In this document: in pieces, positions 1 through 9,200 of the stretch
Numbering within the stretch: the stretch's first letter is position 1
Layout: each line of letters opens with the position of its first letter
From: an uncultured Bryobacterales bacterium
Lineage (GTDB): Bacteria; Acidobacteriota; Terriglobia; Bryobacterales; UBA6623
Direction of reading: 5' to 3'
Length of the DNA: 64,000 nt
Assembly: GCA_951813605.1 (NCBI GenBank)
Contig: OX638379.1
Coordinates: 752,471-816,470, forward strand
Program-made: the position numbers and the translations under genes
The notes under the pieces: model-generated
Seen by the model: only the letters and a program-made list of their open reading frames with translations
The model's database searches: none
Told to the model about the DNA's origin: nothing

Positions 1-41
1 CCATGCAAACAGCGAATGCAACCCGTCTGGCGGACTGCGAG

Positions 42-1556
42 TCACTGGGAATACGGTCCGCCACTCCTCGCGGGTCCGTCGGGGAACGGGTCCAAGCCTT
101 CTTGATACCTTGGATTCGCTCTCGGTATCACGGCCTGCGTGTCTAGCAAGAACTGGTCGATGAGCGAGTTCAATTCCGTCAACCTGTCCGGTTCCGCTTT
201 CGACAGGTCATTGCTCTCACCGATGTCTTCCCGCAGGTTATACAGCTCGAAGCGATCCGTCTGGCCGGGCCCGTCGCAATAGAAGCGAATGAGTTTCCAA
301 TCACCCTTGCGCACGGATGTGCTCGGGCGCTGCAAGGTTGCCGGACTGTAGCTCGGTATGTGCGTGAAGATTGCCTCTCGGATCAATCGCTCGCCTCGGA
401 GGGCGGGCACGAAGCTGACCCCATCGAATTCAGTGCCAGGATGTCGCGGCGTTCCTGTCAACTCCAAGAGAGTGGGGTAAAAGTCGATGCTCTGCACGAC
501 TTCATCGCTTGTCGATCCGGCCTCTACCTTGCCGGGCCAGACGAATACGAGAGGCTCGCGGACGCCACCCTCGTAGATCGACGACTTGCCGCTCCGCAAA
601 GGAGCGTTGCTGGTCACCGCGACGCCGCCGTCAAACCGATGGATTATGCCGCCGTTGTCGGAGAAAAAAATGATCACCGTGTCTTCGGCGATGCCCAGTT
701 CGTCGATCGTCCCGACTAGAGTGCCCACCGCGTCGTCGAGCGTCTCCACCATCGCGCCGTTGATGGGATTTCGTTGGGCGGAGTCCTGGTTCGCCCTCGC
801 GCGGTACTTTTCCACCAGTTCGGGCTTGCCTTCGATGGGCGCATGTACAGAAAAGCACCAGTAATTAAGGAAGAACGGCCTGTCCTTGTTCTGTCGCATG
901 AATCGCGACGCCTCCACTGCCATCCGGTCTTCGATGTGCTCGCCATCCTCTCCCTTGCCCTCCCAGAATCGCCAGGGAGCGAAGTAACCTCCCGCGGGGC
1001 CCGGTCCCGGCGTATGGGGCAGGTCGACATCAAACCCCTGTCCATGAGGGTCGTACGGCTCGCGCCCGAGATGCCACTTGCCGAAGTGCCCCGTGATGTA
1101 GCCTGCCGCTTTGAGGGCCTCCGCAAGCGTGAAGTACTCGAGCTTGAGGCGGCTGAGGCTTTGCGCCATTAGTGCGGGCTGATTCGCTCGTCCGCGAGGC
1201 CTGAGCGACTTTTCGAGGATCACTTGCTCGAGGTGGCCGCTGGGAATCGTCATGCCGATTCGTGCGGGGTGCAGTCCTGTGAGGATGCTTGCCCGAGTCG
1301 GTGAACAGATCGCCGCCGCAGCGTAGGCGTCGGTGAACATCATGCCGCGCTCCGCGAGCGCGTCGATATGAGGTGTCTCGTAGAATTCGCTGCCGTAAAG
1401 GCCCGTGTCACTCCAGCCGAGGTCATCGGCAAGGATAAAGACCACGTTAGGCGGCCGCCCCGCCTTTTCAACGGCACAACCATAAAGGTCGATCAGGAGG
1501 GCGGCGAGCAGCGCTCTAAGGATTTGCGTTCGGCGAATCGTCTTGCTATTGCTCAT
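42..1556 (-). CDS. Arylsulfatase (type I sulfatase, Cys-type formylglycine site), exported or lipoprotein
   Basis: 504-aa ORF starting at ATG 1556. N-terminal signal with a Cys (LLIDLYGC). Sulfatase N-terminal block NVVFILADDLGWSD and formylglycine motif CSPTRASILTG (C-x-P-x-R). Confidence 0.9.
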   Translation of the reverse strand: MSNSKTIRRTQILRALLAALLIDLYGCAVEKAGRPPNVVFILADDLGWSDTGLYGSEFYETPHIDALAERGMMFTDAYAAAAICSPTRASILTGLHPARIGMTIPSGHLEQVILEKSLRPRGRANQPALMAQSLSRLKLEYFTLAEALKAAGYITGHFGKWHLGREPYDPHGQGFDVDLPHTPGPGPAGGYFAPWRFWEGKGEDGEHIEDRMAVEASRFMRQNKDRPFFLNYWCFSVHAPIEGKPELVEKYRARANQDSAQRNPINGAMVETLDDAVGTLVGTIDELGIAEDTVIIFFSDNGGIIHRFDGGVAVTSNAPLRSGKSSIYEGGVREPLVFVWPGKVEAGSTSDEVVQSIDFYPTLLELTGTPRHPGTEFDGVSFVPALRGERLIREAIFTHIPSYSPATLQRPSTSVRKGDWKLIRFYCDGPGQTDRFELYNLREDIGESNDLSKAEPDRLTELNSLIDQFLLDTQAVIPRANPRYQEGLDPFPDGPARSGGPYSQ

Positions 1557-1893
1557 GATGCATCCCGGGTCACGGCTCGACGCTAGCCGATCGTTCTCCA
1601 GCTAGCGCTGCCAATTGTACTACCGGTACTAGTGACTGCTACCTGTACAGTCAGAATCCCCCGGGGCACACTGGAGCGGGCCACTCGTCGCTGCTATTCT
1701 TTGGCCGGATATCGTGGAGTCGGATGTGGCTCGCGCGGGGAGCGGCCTGGACGGTCGCCGACGGATTCGTCCCGCGGGGATGCCACTTCGGCCTCGACAT
1801 CTTGGATCGAGACTGTTGCATGGTCGCATGCTAGAGACTGGAATCGGACTGAAACGAATCGATGATCCTGTAGCGGCAGCGTTTTCCGAGCCC

Positions 1894-3315
1894 ATGCCTC
1901 GCATTGTCCTAGCCGTCGCCATTTCTGCGTTGCTTGTGGCTTGCCGCGGCGGCGTTGAAGAAGGGGACAGTCTCCCCTCGATACCCGCACCGAGACTTGA
2001 GGCGATGGCGCCTGAGGCGCGCGAGCTGATCGGCGAGGCAAGGGGTCGCGTGCTGGCGAAGCCAACCGATTCCGATTCCAACGGCCGGTTCGGCATGGCA
2101 TTGCACGCGTACGTACTGCTCCAGGAGTCCATTGCGTGCTACCAGCGCGCGGCGGCATTTGATTCACGCGACTGGCGGTGGCCGTATTACCTGGGAACGG
2201 TCCACGCCGAACTGGGTCGTCATAGCGAAGCCGCTTCGCAGTTCCAAGCGGCGTTGTCGCTCCGACCGGATTCCGTCGCTGCGAGGATACGCCTAGGGGA
2301 GTCATTGCTTGGCGACGGCCAATTCCAGCGGGCCAGGGAAGCGTTCAAGGAAGCGGTCGAATTGTCACCCAAGAGCGCCGTCGGCTACTTCGGACTGGGC
2401 AAGGCACTCGAATCCACCGACGACCACGACGAGGCTCTGCGCGCATACCTGCGCTCGATCGAATTGGAGCCGGCTGCCGGCTCCGTTCGATATGCAATCG
2501 CGCTGCTGTACCGGAACCTCGGGCGGGCAGGCGAAGCGGAGCGCCAGCTGGCGCATGTCGGAAACGGGAATCGAACGGAGCCACCCATCGAGGATCCGCT
2601 GATGGCGGCTGTCCGAAGCCTGCGAACGGACAAGCGGCGTTACCTGCAGGAGGGTCTTAGCTTGGAAGCCGAGGGGAAGGTTCGCGATGCAATTGTCCTT
2701 TACGAGAAGGCGGTAGGGATCGACGGGCGCTACCTTCAGGCCCGGATCAATCTCATCGCCGCTTACGGCAAGCTCGGTCGCTTTCCCGAAGCCGAGCGGC
2801 ACTATGAGGCGATCCAGGGGCTAGCCTCCGACTCGGAGGAATTGCATGTGAATTGGGGAGTGCTCCAGGCGGCTCAGAAGAACTTCAGCGATGCGGCTGC
2901 CAGCTACCGGAGGGCTCTCGAGATCAATCCTCACTCTGCTGACACGCATGGCGATTTGGGTGTCATCTTGGGCGAACTTGGCAACGCCGACGAGGCACGG
3001 AGTCACTTCCGCCGTGCCCTCCAAAACGAGCCCGACCATCGATTGGCCAACTTCCATTTGGCTCGGTACCTTATTGCCGAGAACCGAGTCTCTGAAGCGA
3101 TTGACCACCTTCTCAGGACCCGGGAGCCCGTGGACGACCGAACGCCCACCTACCTCTACGGACTTGCCGACGCGTATCTCCGCCTCGGCAATGTCGACCT
3201 ATCCTTGCGATACGCAAAGCAGTCCGGCGAACTCGCGAGCAAGCTGGGCCAAGTCGGCCTAGCGCGGGCGATCAACGAGGATGTCCGCAGGCTCGAAGCA
3301 GTTCACCGCCGTTGA
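1894..3315 (+). CDS. TPR-repeat lipoprotein
   Basis: The ORF is open from 1714. ATG 1894 gives MPRIVLAVAISALLVAC, a signal peptide with lipobox LVAC. The body consists of successive 34-aa TPR-like units. The start choice is inferred. Confidence 0.75.
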   Translation: MPRIVLAVAISALLVACRGGVEEGDSLPSIPAPRLEAMAPEARELIGEARGRVLAKPTDSDSNGRFGMALHAYVLLQESIACYQRAAAFDSRDWRWPYYLGTVHAELGRHSEAASQFQAALSLRPDSVAARIRLGESLLGDGQFQRAREAFKEAVELSPKSAVGYFGLGKALESTDDHDEALRAYLRSIELEPAAGSVRYAIALLYRNLGRAGEAERQLAHVGNGNRTEPPIEDPLMAAVRSLRTDKRRYLQEGLSLEAEGKVRDAIVLYEKAVGIDGRYLQARINLIAAYGKLGRFPEAERHYEAIQGLASDSEELHVNWGVLQAAQKNFSDAAASYRRALEINPHSADTHGDLGVILGELGNADEARSHFRRALQNEPDHRLANFHLARYLIAENRVSEAIDHLLRTREPVDDRTPTYLYGLADAYLRLGNVDLSLRYAKQSGELASKLGQVGLARAINEDVRRLEAVHRR

Positions 3316-3881
3316 CGGGATCCGAAGGGCGGACCGTGGGCTGATGCGCCCCGGATTCCCGACATGCACCACTGACGGGCCCGTGCACCTCCCGCACTAG
3401 GGGCATCGAGTCTTGGTCTCGTTACTGAAACAATTCCAAGCATAAATGTGACTAAGCGATAGTACTTGCGGCTTCCGATTCGAAGAGCCGGTCCTCTTGG
3501 CGGCGGTGGAGTTCAGCCCGGAGACAAAGAGTCTTGCGCACTTCGAGGTCAAACTAGCCCAGTGCAATTGCTCCCAGCACGCGCCGGATATCCATCCGTT
3601 CTGTGCTCGCCGGTGCAACGAGCGACTTTGTTCGGAGGGCGTCCATACTTCAAGCAGAGCGTGCCTCGCGCCGACTGGAGCATGGGACCCGCGAGGCGAA
3701 CCGGCTAGATGGACACCGCTTCAGAAAGTGGCTCCCGGCGTGGCCGCCCGCGGCCAATTGCCCGCGTTTGGACGTGGCTTGAAGCCCGCCCAGAGACGAG
3801 TGCGGCGGATGAAGCTTCTCCCCTCACCCACCGACCCGCCCCACGTCGAAGTTTGCTTTGATCCCTCTAGGCCATTCCTTG

Positions 3882-6800
3882 CTAGAAGATCAGTTTCATT
3901 CCGAACTGGACCTGTCGCGCCGGGCAGCATTCCATCGTCGACCCTATGCGCCCTCCCGCAGCCCGGTTGATCGTGCCATTCGGGAAGTTGAAATGCGCCT
4001 CGTTGAACAAGTTGAAGAATTCGGTGCGGAAGTCGAGCGAGAGGCGCTCGCTCAGGTCAAATGTCCGCGAGATCATCAGGTCTAGATTGACGAGTCCCGG
4101 CCCCTCGAGGATCCACGCCGCCGAATTGCCAAAGGTGAAACGGTCGGGAACCTCGAAGGCGTCGACATCGAACCAGCGCTGCGGCGTGCGCTGGCTGCGT
4201 GGCAAGTTTCCGTCTCGAACGCGGTTGGGGCGCTGCCCTCCTGTCGTATTGGCGGGATTGCCAGCGACCGAGGGGCTGAGCGGCAGTCCTTGCTGGGCTT
4301 CGAAGATCGGCGAGATCTGCCAGCCGCCGATGATCTGTGACAGCGCGCCCTGCGTGGCGTACTTGCGGTCTTTCCCGAACGGCAGGTCCCAGACGCTCGC
4401 GACGAAGAAGCGCTGTGGCAGGTGCTGCCGGGAAACGGTCTTTTCCGGGGCGAGGTGCCAGTAGCTCGTGCGTTGGCCGAGCTGCTTAACGAGCGTCTTG
4501 CTCCACGTGTAGCCGCTCAGGATGGAGAAGCCCTTGCTAAAACGGCGCTCGAACTTCGCCTCTAGTCCTTGGTAGTTCGCTCCACCGACCGCTGGGTTCG
4601 TCGTGATGTTCGCGAACTGAGGGAACCAGCGTCGAGGGTTGATCCCGCCTGGCCCCGGCTCGGGCTGGTTCAGGTTGGCACTGCTTTCCGTATGCACGGT
4701 GTTGGAACCCACGTACGCGACGGAGACTAGCGAGTTGCCCGGCAGGGACTGCTGGATGTTGATGTTCCATTGATTGGTCATGCCGTTCCGGAAGGAGAAC
4801 GGCCAGACGCCCACGAGCGAGCGGCCGGTGATCACATCTGGATTCAACGCGTCGGGCGGGATGCCGTCCTGGATGACGACTTGCGAGGTCGCGCTTGCAA
4901 CCTGGGTACCGATGTCGTTCTGGAGATAGAAGGGCGGATTCGCGGTCGGGTCGGCCAGCACAGGCAGCCTGAACGTCCCAACATAAAACACACCGTATCC
5001 GGCCCTGATGACCGTCTTCGGAGTCACTTGATAGGCCAGCCCAACCCTAGGCCCCCAATCGTTGAGGTCGCGCTTGCGGAACGAACGACCCTCAACGCCG
5101 CTTCCGGTCGGAATAAGCGTCCCGAACCGCGCGTCCTCGGGGTCGATGATGAAATTCTGGGCCCGATCGTTCTGCTCGACGTAAGGAGACTGGTACTCGT
5201 ACCTTAGTCCGAGATTCAAGCTCAGCTTCGGCGTGACTTTCCAGTTGTCCTGGATGTAGGTCTCGTACGCGTAGCCGTGGCGCCGGACGTTGAGCGGAGT
5301 GCTGAACCGAATCGAGCTGGTCATGCCAAGCAGGCTGTCGGCGAGGCCGTCTCCGCCGCCCCGCACTCCGGCAACCGCGCGTGTGAACTGGCCGTTGAAG
5401 AAGAACCGCCCCCTGGCGAAGTTCGTGATGCCCGACCACCGCACGAAATTACGAATGTTGACGCCCATCTTAAGGGAGTGATTGCCCTTGGTCATTGAAA
5501 AGCTCTCGACGACCTGCCGGACATCCTGTTTGCGCGGATCGGGCGCAAAGTTACGGTCGCCGACCGTCCGGTAGCCCGAAGGCCGGAAGTCCGGAAGACC
5601 GTTGATGTCCTCGCGGTCGAACAGCCCCTTGAACCCGAACTCCTTCCAAAGCTGCGACTGAGTTGGAGTGTCGATTCCGCCCTCCAAGCGGTTGTATGCG
5701 ACGCGAACTTCGTTGACCATGCCTCCTCCGATCACCGCGGTCCAGTTCAAGACGCCTGTCTTGGCCCTGGAGAAGCGGACGGCCGTGTTGCCACCGCTCG
5801 CAGGCAGGGGCAGGTTCCCGGGTTCCAGCCGGTCAAAGTTCAGATAGCTGAAGCGCGCGAAAATGGTGTGGTTCGTCGCAGCCCGCCAGTCGAAGCGGCC
5901 ATCCACCTTGTCGTCGTCCCGGTTGCGCGAAGGATTGAACAGGTAGTTCTGCCTGCCGCTTCGATTCGGCGCGGGATACAGCTCTACCATTTGCGAGGCA
6001 ACCGGGTCGAACCGGCTAACGGGAATCCTGTCGCCGGCGAACGGGGTTCGCGTTCCATCCTCGCCCTGGGTCAACGGGTCGTGGATTGAGGCGACGCCGG
6101 AGAAGTCGCCGCGCACTTGCTCAGGAGTCGGAATGATGCTCAGGCGCGTGAGTTTCTCGCGGATCCGGGTTCCTTCGTAGCTGCCGAAGTAAAACATGCG
6201 ATCCTTCACCACCGGCCCGCCGAATGTCGCTCCGTACTGGTTCTGCCGGAATGGCGGGTTCGGCCGCCCGCTGTTGAAGAAGTCATTGGCGTCGAGCTTG
6301 TCGTTGCGCAGGAACTCAAATGCCGTGCCGTGATAGTCGTTGGTACCGGACTTCGTGGTTACCTGTACGATCGCCCCGCCTCCGCGGCCGAATTCCGCAC
6401 CGTAGTTGTGGGTCTCCATCTTGAATTCCTGGATGGCGTCGATAGAGGGCTTGACGGCTTGATTCGACGCTACAACCACCCCGCTGAAGTAGTTGTTGTT
6501 GTCGGCTCCGTCGAGCGTGAAGACGTTCTGGTCGAAACCGGCGCCATTGACGCTGAAAGCGTCCTCCACAAAATTCTGGCGGCGGCTCGGCAGGACTCCG
6601 GCAGTAAGCACCGCCAGTTCCTGGTAGTTCCTGCCGTTCAGGGGCATTTGGGTGATGGTCGTGTTCTCTATCGCCTGCCCGAGGCTCGACGTTTCGGATT
6701 CCAGAAGGGGCACTTCCGCTGTCACCTCGACGGTCTCGGTCACGGACCCGACCTGGAGTTCGATGTCCACTCGGGCACGGGTCCCTGCGTTGAGTGCGAC

Positions 6801-7091
6801 GTTGGGGCGGAAGAGCGTCTGGAATCCATCGGTCGTCGCGGTGAGATCGTAGGTACCAATCGGCAGAGCGGTCAGCACGTAATTGCCGGCGTCGTTGCTC
6901 TGAGTGTCGTACTCCAAGCCGTTCACCTGGTTGATAGCCTGGATAGAGGCGCCCGGCACGGTTGCGCCGGAAGCGTCGGTAACGATGCCAGTTATGGTCG
7001 CCGTGTCCGTCTGGGCAAGTGCCGCCCAGGCTAGGACGACTAAGCCGACCGCGCAGCGGGCGGCTGTACGAAATCTTGAGTATTTCAACAC
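3882..7091 (-). CDS. TonB-dependent outer-membrane receptor with carboxypeptidase-regulatory-like N-terminal domain
   Basis: The ORF is open to 7394. GTG 7091 is in frame, sits 5 nt after AAGGAGG (7103-7097 on the minus strand) and yields a signal peptide ending LAWAALAQ. Followed by a CarboxypepD_reg-like segment (ITGIVTDASGATVPGASI...GTYDLTATTDGFQT), plug and barrel blocks. The C-terminus ...QFGMKLIF ends in Phe, as is typical of outer-membrane barrels. Confidence 0.85.
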   Translation of the reverse strand: MLKYSRFRTAARCAVGLVVLAWAALAQTDTATITGIVTDASGATVPGASIQAINQVNGLEYDTQSNDAGNYVLTALPIGTYDLTATTDGFQTLFRPNVALNAGTRARVDIELQVGSVTETVEVTAEVPLLESETSSLGQAIENTTITQMPLNGRNYQELAVLTAGVLPSRRQNFVEDAFSVNGAGFDQNVFTLDGADNNNYFSGVVVASNQAVKPSIDAIQEFKMETHNYGAEFGRGGGAIVQVTTKSGTNDYHGTAFEFLRNDKLDANDFFNSGRPNPPFRQNQYGATFGGPVVKDRMFYFGSYEGTRIREKLTRLSIIPTPEQVRGDFSGVASIHDPLTQGEDGTRTPFAGDRIPVSRFDPVASQMVELYPAPNRSGRQNYLFNPSRNRDDDKVDGRFDWRAATNHTIFARFSYLNFDRLEPGNLPLPASGGNTAVRFSRAKTGVLNWTAVIGGGMVNEVRVAYNRLEGGIDTPTQSQLWKEFGFKGLFDREDINGLPDFRPSGYRTVGDRNFAPDPRKQDVRQVVESFSMTKGNHSLKMGVNIRNFVRWSGITNFARGRFFFNGQFTRAVAGVRGGGDGLADSLLGMTSSIRFSTPLNVRRHGYAYETYIQDNWKVTPKLSLNLGLRYEYQSPYVEQNDRAQNFIIDPEDARFGTLIPTGSGVEGRSFRKRDLNDWGPRVGLAYQVTPKTVIRAGYGVFYVGTFRLPVLADPTANPPFYLQNDIGTQVASATSQVVIQDGIPPDALNPDVITGRSLVGVWPFSFRNGMTNQWNINIQQSLPGNSLVSVAYVGSNTVHTESSANLNQPEPGPGGINPRRWFPQFANITTNPAVGGANYQGLEAKFERRFSKGFSILSGYTWSKTLVKQLGQRTSYWHLAPEKTVSRQHLPQRFFVASVWDLPFGKDRKYATQGALSQIIGGWQISPIFEAQQGLPLSPSVAGNPANTTGGQRPNRVRDGNLPRSQRTPQRWFDVDAFEVPDRFTFGNSAAWILEGPGLVNLDLMISRTFDLSERLSLDFRTEFFNLFNEAHFNFPNGTINRAAGGRIGSTMECCPARQVQFGMKLIF

Positions 7092-8028
7092 CAGTTCCTC
7101 CTTTCCCGGCGGCTGGAAGGCCAACTCGGGATGTCTAGCAATCGTAAACGTACCAGAAAAATCCGTCCCGGTGCGCGCAGCCGAATTCGTCTGCTCGTAA
7201 TGGCAAGGCGAACAGAGAAGCCGAATGGTTTCTCGCAAAGACCTCGGGACGACGGAAGAATGCATGCATTGGCTCTCGCAAGGCTTCGATTCGAAGTGGA
7301 AGTGCTTTGGGTTCACGACGTGCCGAGAATCCATGGCGCGATAGCCTGTTACGACGGCGAGCGACTCATCCCAATGAGGTTCGTGGTGGTCCACGGGTAA
7401 CCGGGACCACCGCGAAAAACTCGGCCGCAGTTGAGTTCACCCCGTGTTCGATGACTCGAAGGGATGGCGAGATGGGCATAGACGGGTCAGATTCGTTGCG
7501 AGGTTGTCCTCAGGGCTCAGACGAGTTTGCACGGACGCATTCCCCGCGAGGTCTGGCCGCAGACTCACGGTAGAAGAAGGGATTGAATTGGACCTGCTGG
7601 GGTGTATCGAAGTTGCTTCCAAACGGCTTCGAGCAACAATTGGGCCCAGGCAAGAGCACCTCCGTCTGAAAGGTCAGCAAGCGTTCGTTGATGATGTCTC
7701 GCCAGCCGGCGAGATGTTGCGCGGTGACCCTATTTACCGGAAAGCTAGCTTGCCGGAGAGACCGTCTGGCAAGCCCAGTTTGCCGATGCCATCAGAGTCG
7801 CCACGCGTGTTTCCCATGCCGCGAAGCGGGACTTGTCAACTGAGCACTCAATCCCGTGCGGCAATGGTTCCGACACTTCAAGCGAGAATGCCGTTTGCTG
7901 CATCAACCCAACGAGCGCAAAAGCGGTGGCTCAAGCCGACTCCCAGTTTGGCCAGGCGCTAGGCGGCACTAGGCACTTAGCCGTTCGAAAAAAACATCGA
8001 CCTGCTCGACAGCCGCGATCTCATGAGC

Positions 8029-8997
8029 CTATGGCCCTCCGACGATCTCGCCGTGCGGCTTGCCTTCCGCGAGCTCCGCGTAACGAACTCGTACTTGTTC
8101 CGCGAAGCGGTCGCCGACCCAGTTGCTAACCTCGCTGGACAGTTCCACGGTTGTAGACACGCCTGCACCGTTCTCTACGGTGACTATTTCCTCGAGTGGA
8201 GTCTCTTCGGCGAAAGCCTTTTCGACGCCCGCATTCAGCTCCTCGAAGAACTGGCGCTGGCCGGCTGCGATTTCGGACCCGCCGGATGGGCCGTGGCCCG
8301 GAAGAATCGTCATCGGCATCAGCTCCTGTGCCTGGCTAACCACATTGGGCCAGTTGCCAGTGTTGGAATGGCCGGTGAAATTGTACGGTCCGTTGACGAT
8401 TGCGTCGCCGGTAGCCAGGATGCCCTCGTCCGGGAGGAATACCATTCCGTCCCCGCGCGTGTGCGCCCATCCAAAGTGATGGAATTCCACGCGTCGGCTC
8501 GCCCCCTCCAATACGAAGGGAACCTCCTCAAAGGTCTGTTGCGGGGGCTCCACCGTATCTGCGCCCACAGCGGCGACATCCGGGCGGGCCTTGGCAGCCG
8601 CCTGCCAACCAGCAGGCTCGTACCGCTTCATCTCCTCGGCGACGCCGACATAGGCGAGAGTTGTAGCGCCAGCTCGGGTCCAAACCGCGTTCGCGTAGGC
8701 ATGGTCCCCGTGATGATGGGTGTCAAACACATAGCCCACCGGCTTGTCCGTGACTTGCTCGATGTCCTTCATCAGGGCTTCCGCGCCACTGGGGAAGTTC
8801 GCGTCGACGACGAGCAGACCGTCGCCCACATCGACCACGATGTTGTTGCAGTGCCCTTGGTCCCGCTCGCCCAGGCGGAACCACACCCCATCGGTAACCA
8901 GCTTCAGTGTGTCGGTCTCCGTCATCGCGGGCTGGGTCGTGCAAGTCCAGGCCACGATCAGGCCGGCTGCAGCAAGGGCAACGAGAAAAATTCGCAT
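8029..8997 (-). CDS. MBL-fold metallo-hydrolase, secreted
   Basis: ATG 8997 is preceded by GGAGG and gives signal peptide MRIFLVALAAAGLIVAW. Contains the HxHxDH metal motif (THHHGDH). The ORF is open to 9069, but that extension lacks an RBS. Confidence 0.8.
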   Translation of the reverse strand: MRIFLVALAAAGLIVAWTCTTQPAMTETDTLKLVTDGVWFRLGERDQGHCNNIVVDVGDGLLVVDANFPSGAEALMKDIEQVTDKPVGYVFDTHHHGDHAYANAVWTRAGATTLAYVGVAEEMKRYEPAGWQAAAKARPDVAAVGADTVEPPQQTFEEVPFVLEGASRRVEFHHFGWAHTRGDGMVFLPDEGILATGDAIVNGPYNFTGHSNTGNWPNVVSQAQELMPMTILPGHGPSGGSEIAAGQRQFFEELNAGVEKAFAEETPLEEIVTVENGAGVSTTVELSSEVSNWVGDRFAEQVRVRYAELAEGKPHGEIVGGP

Positions 8998-9200
8998 GAT
9001 TGGAACCTCCGCCAGTAATCGCCGACTTACTGGTGTCTGGATTGTAGCGCCGGTCGGGCGGTATTTCAACTCAGGCCTGCGACACCCGAGCTGCCGAGCG
9101 CTGCATGCTTGACGTGTGGGATCTGTTATATTTTCATACGCCTGTCTACGAGACCTAGTCGAGTAGCTTTCAGTCTCTTAATGCTATCGGAGGTGACGAT

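Noticed and set aside
7092-7394. N-terminal 101-codon extension of the first TonB-dependent receptor ORF
   Set aside because: The extension has no signal peptide and no recognisable domain. The internal GTG 7091 has a strong AAGGAGG at ideal spacing and immediately yields a signal peptide.
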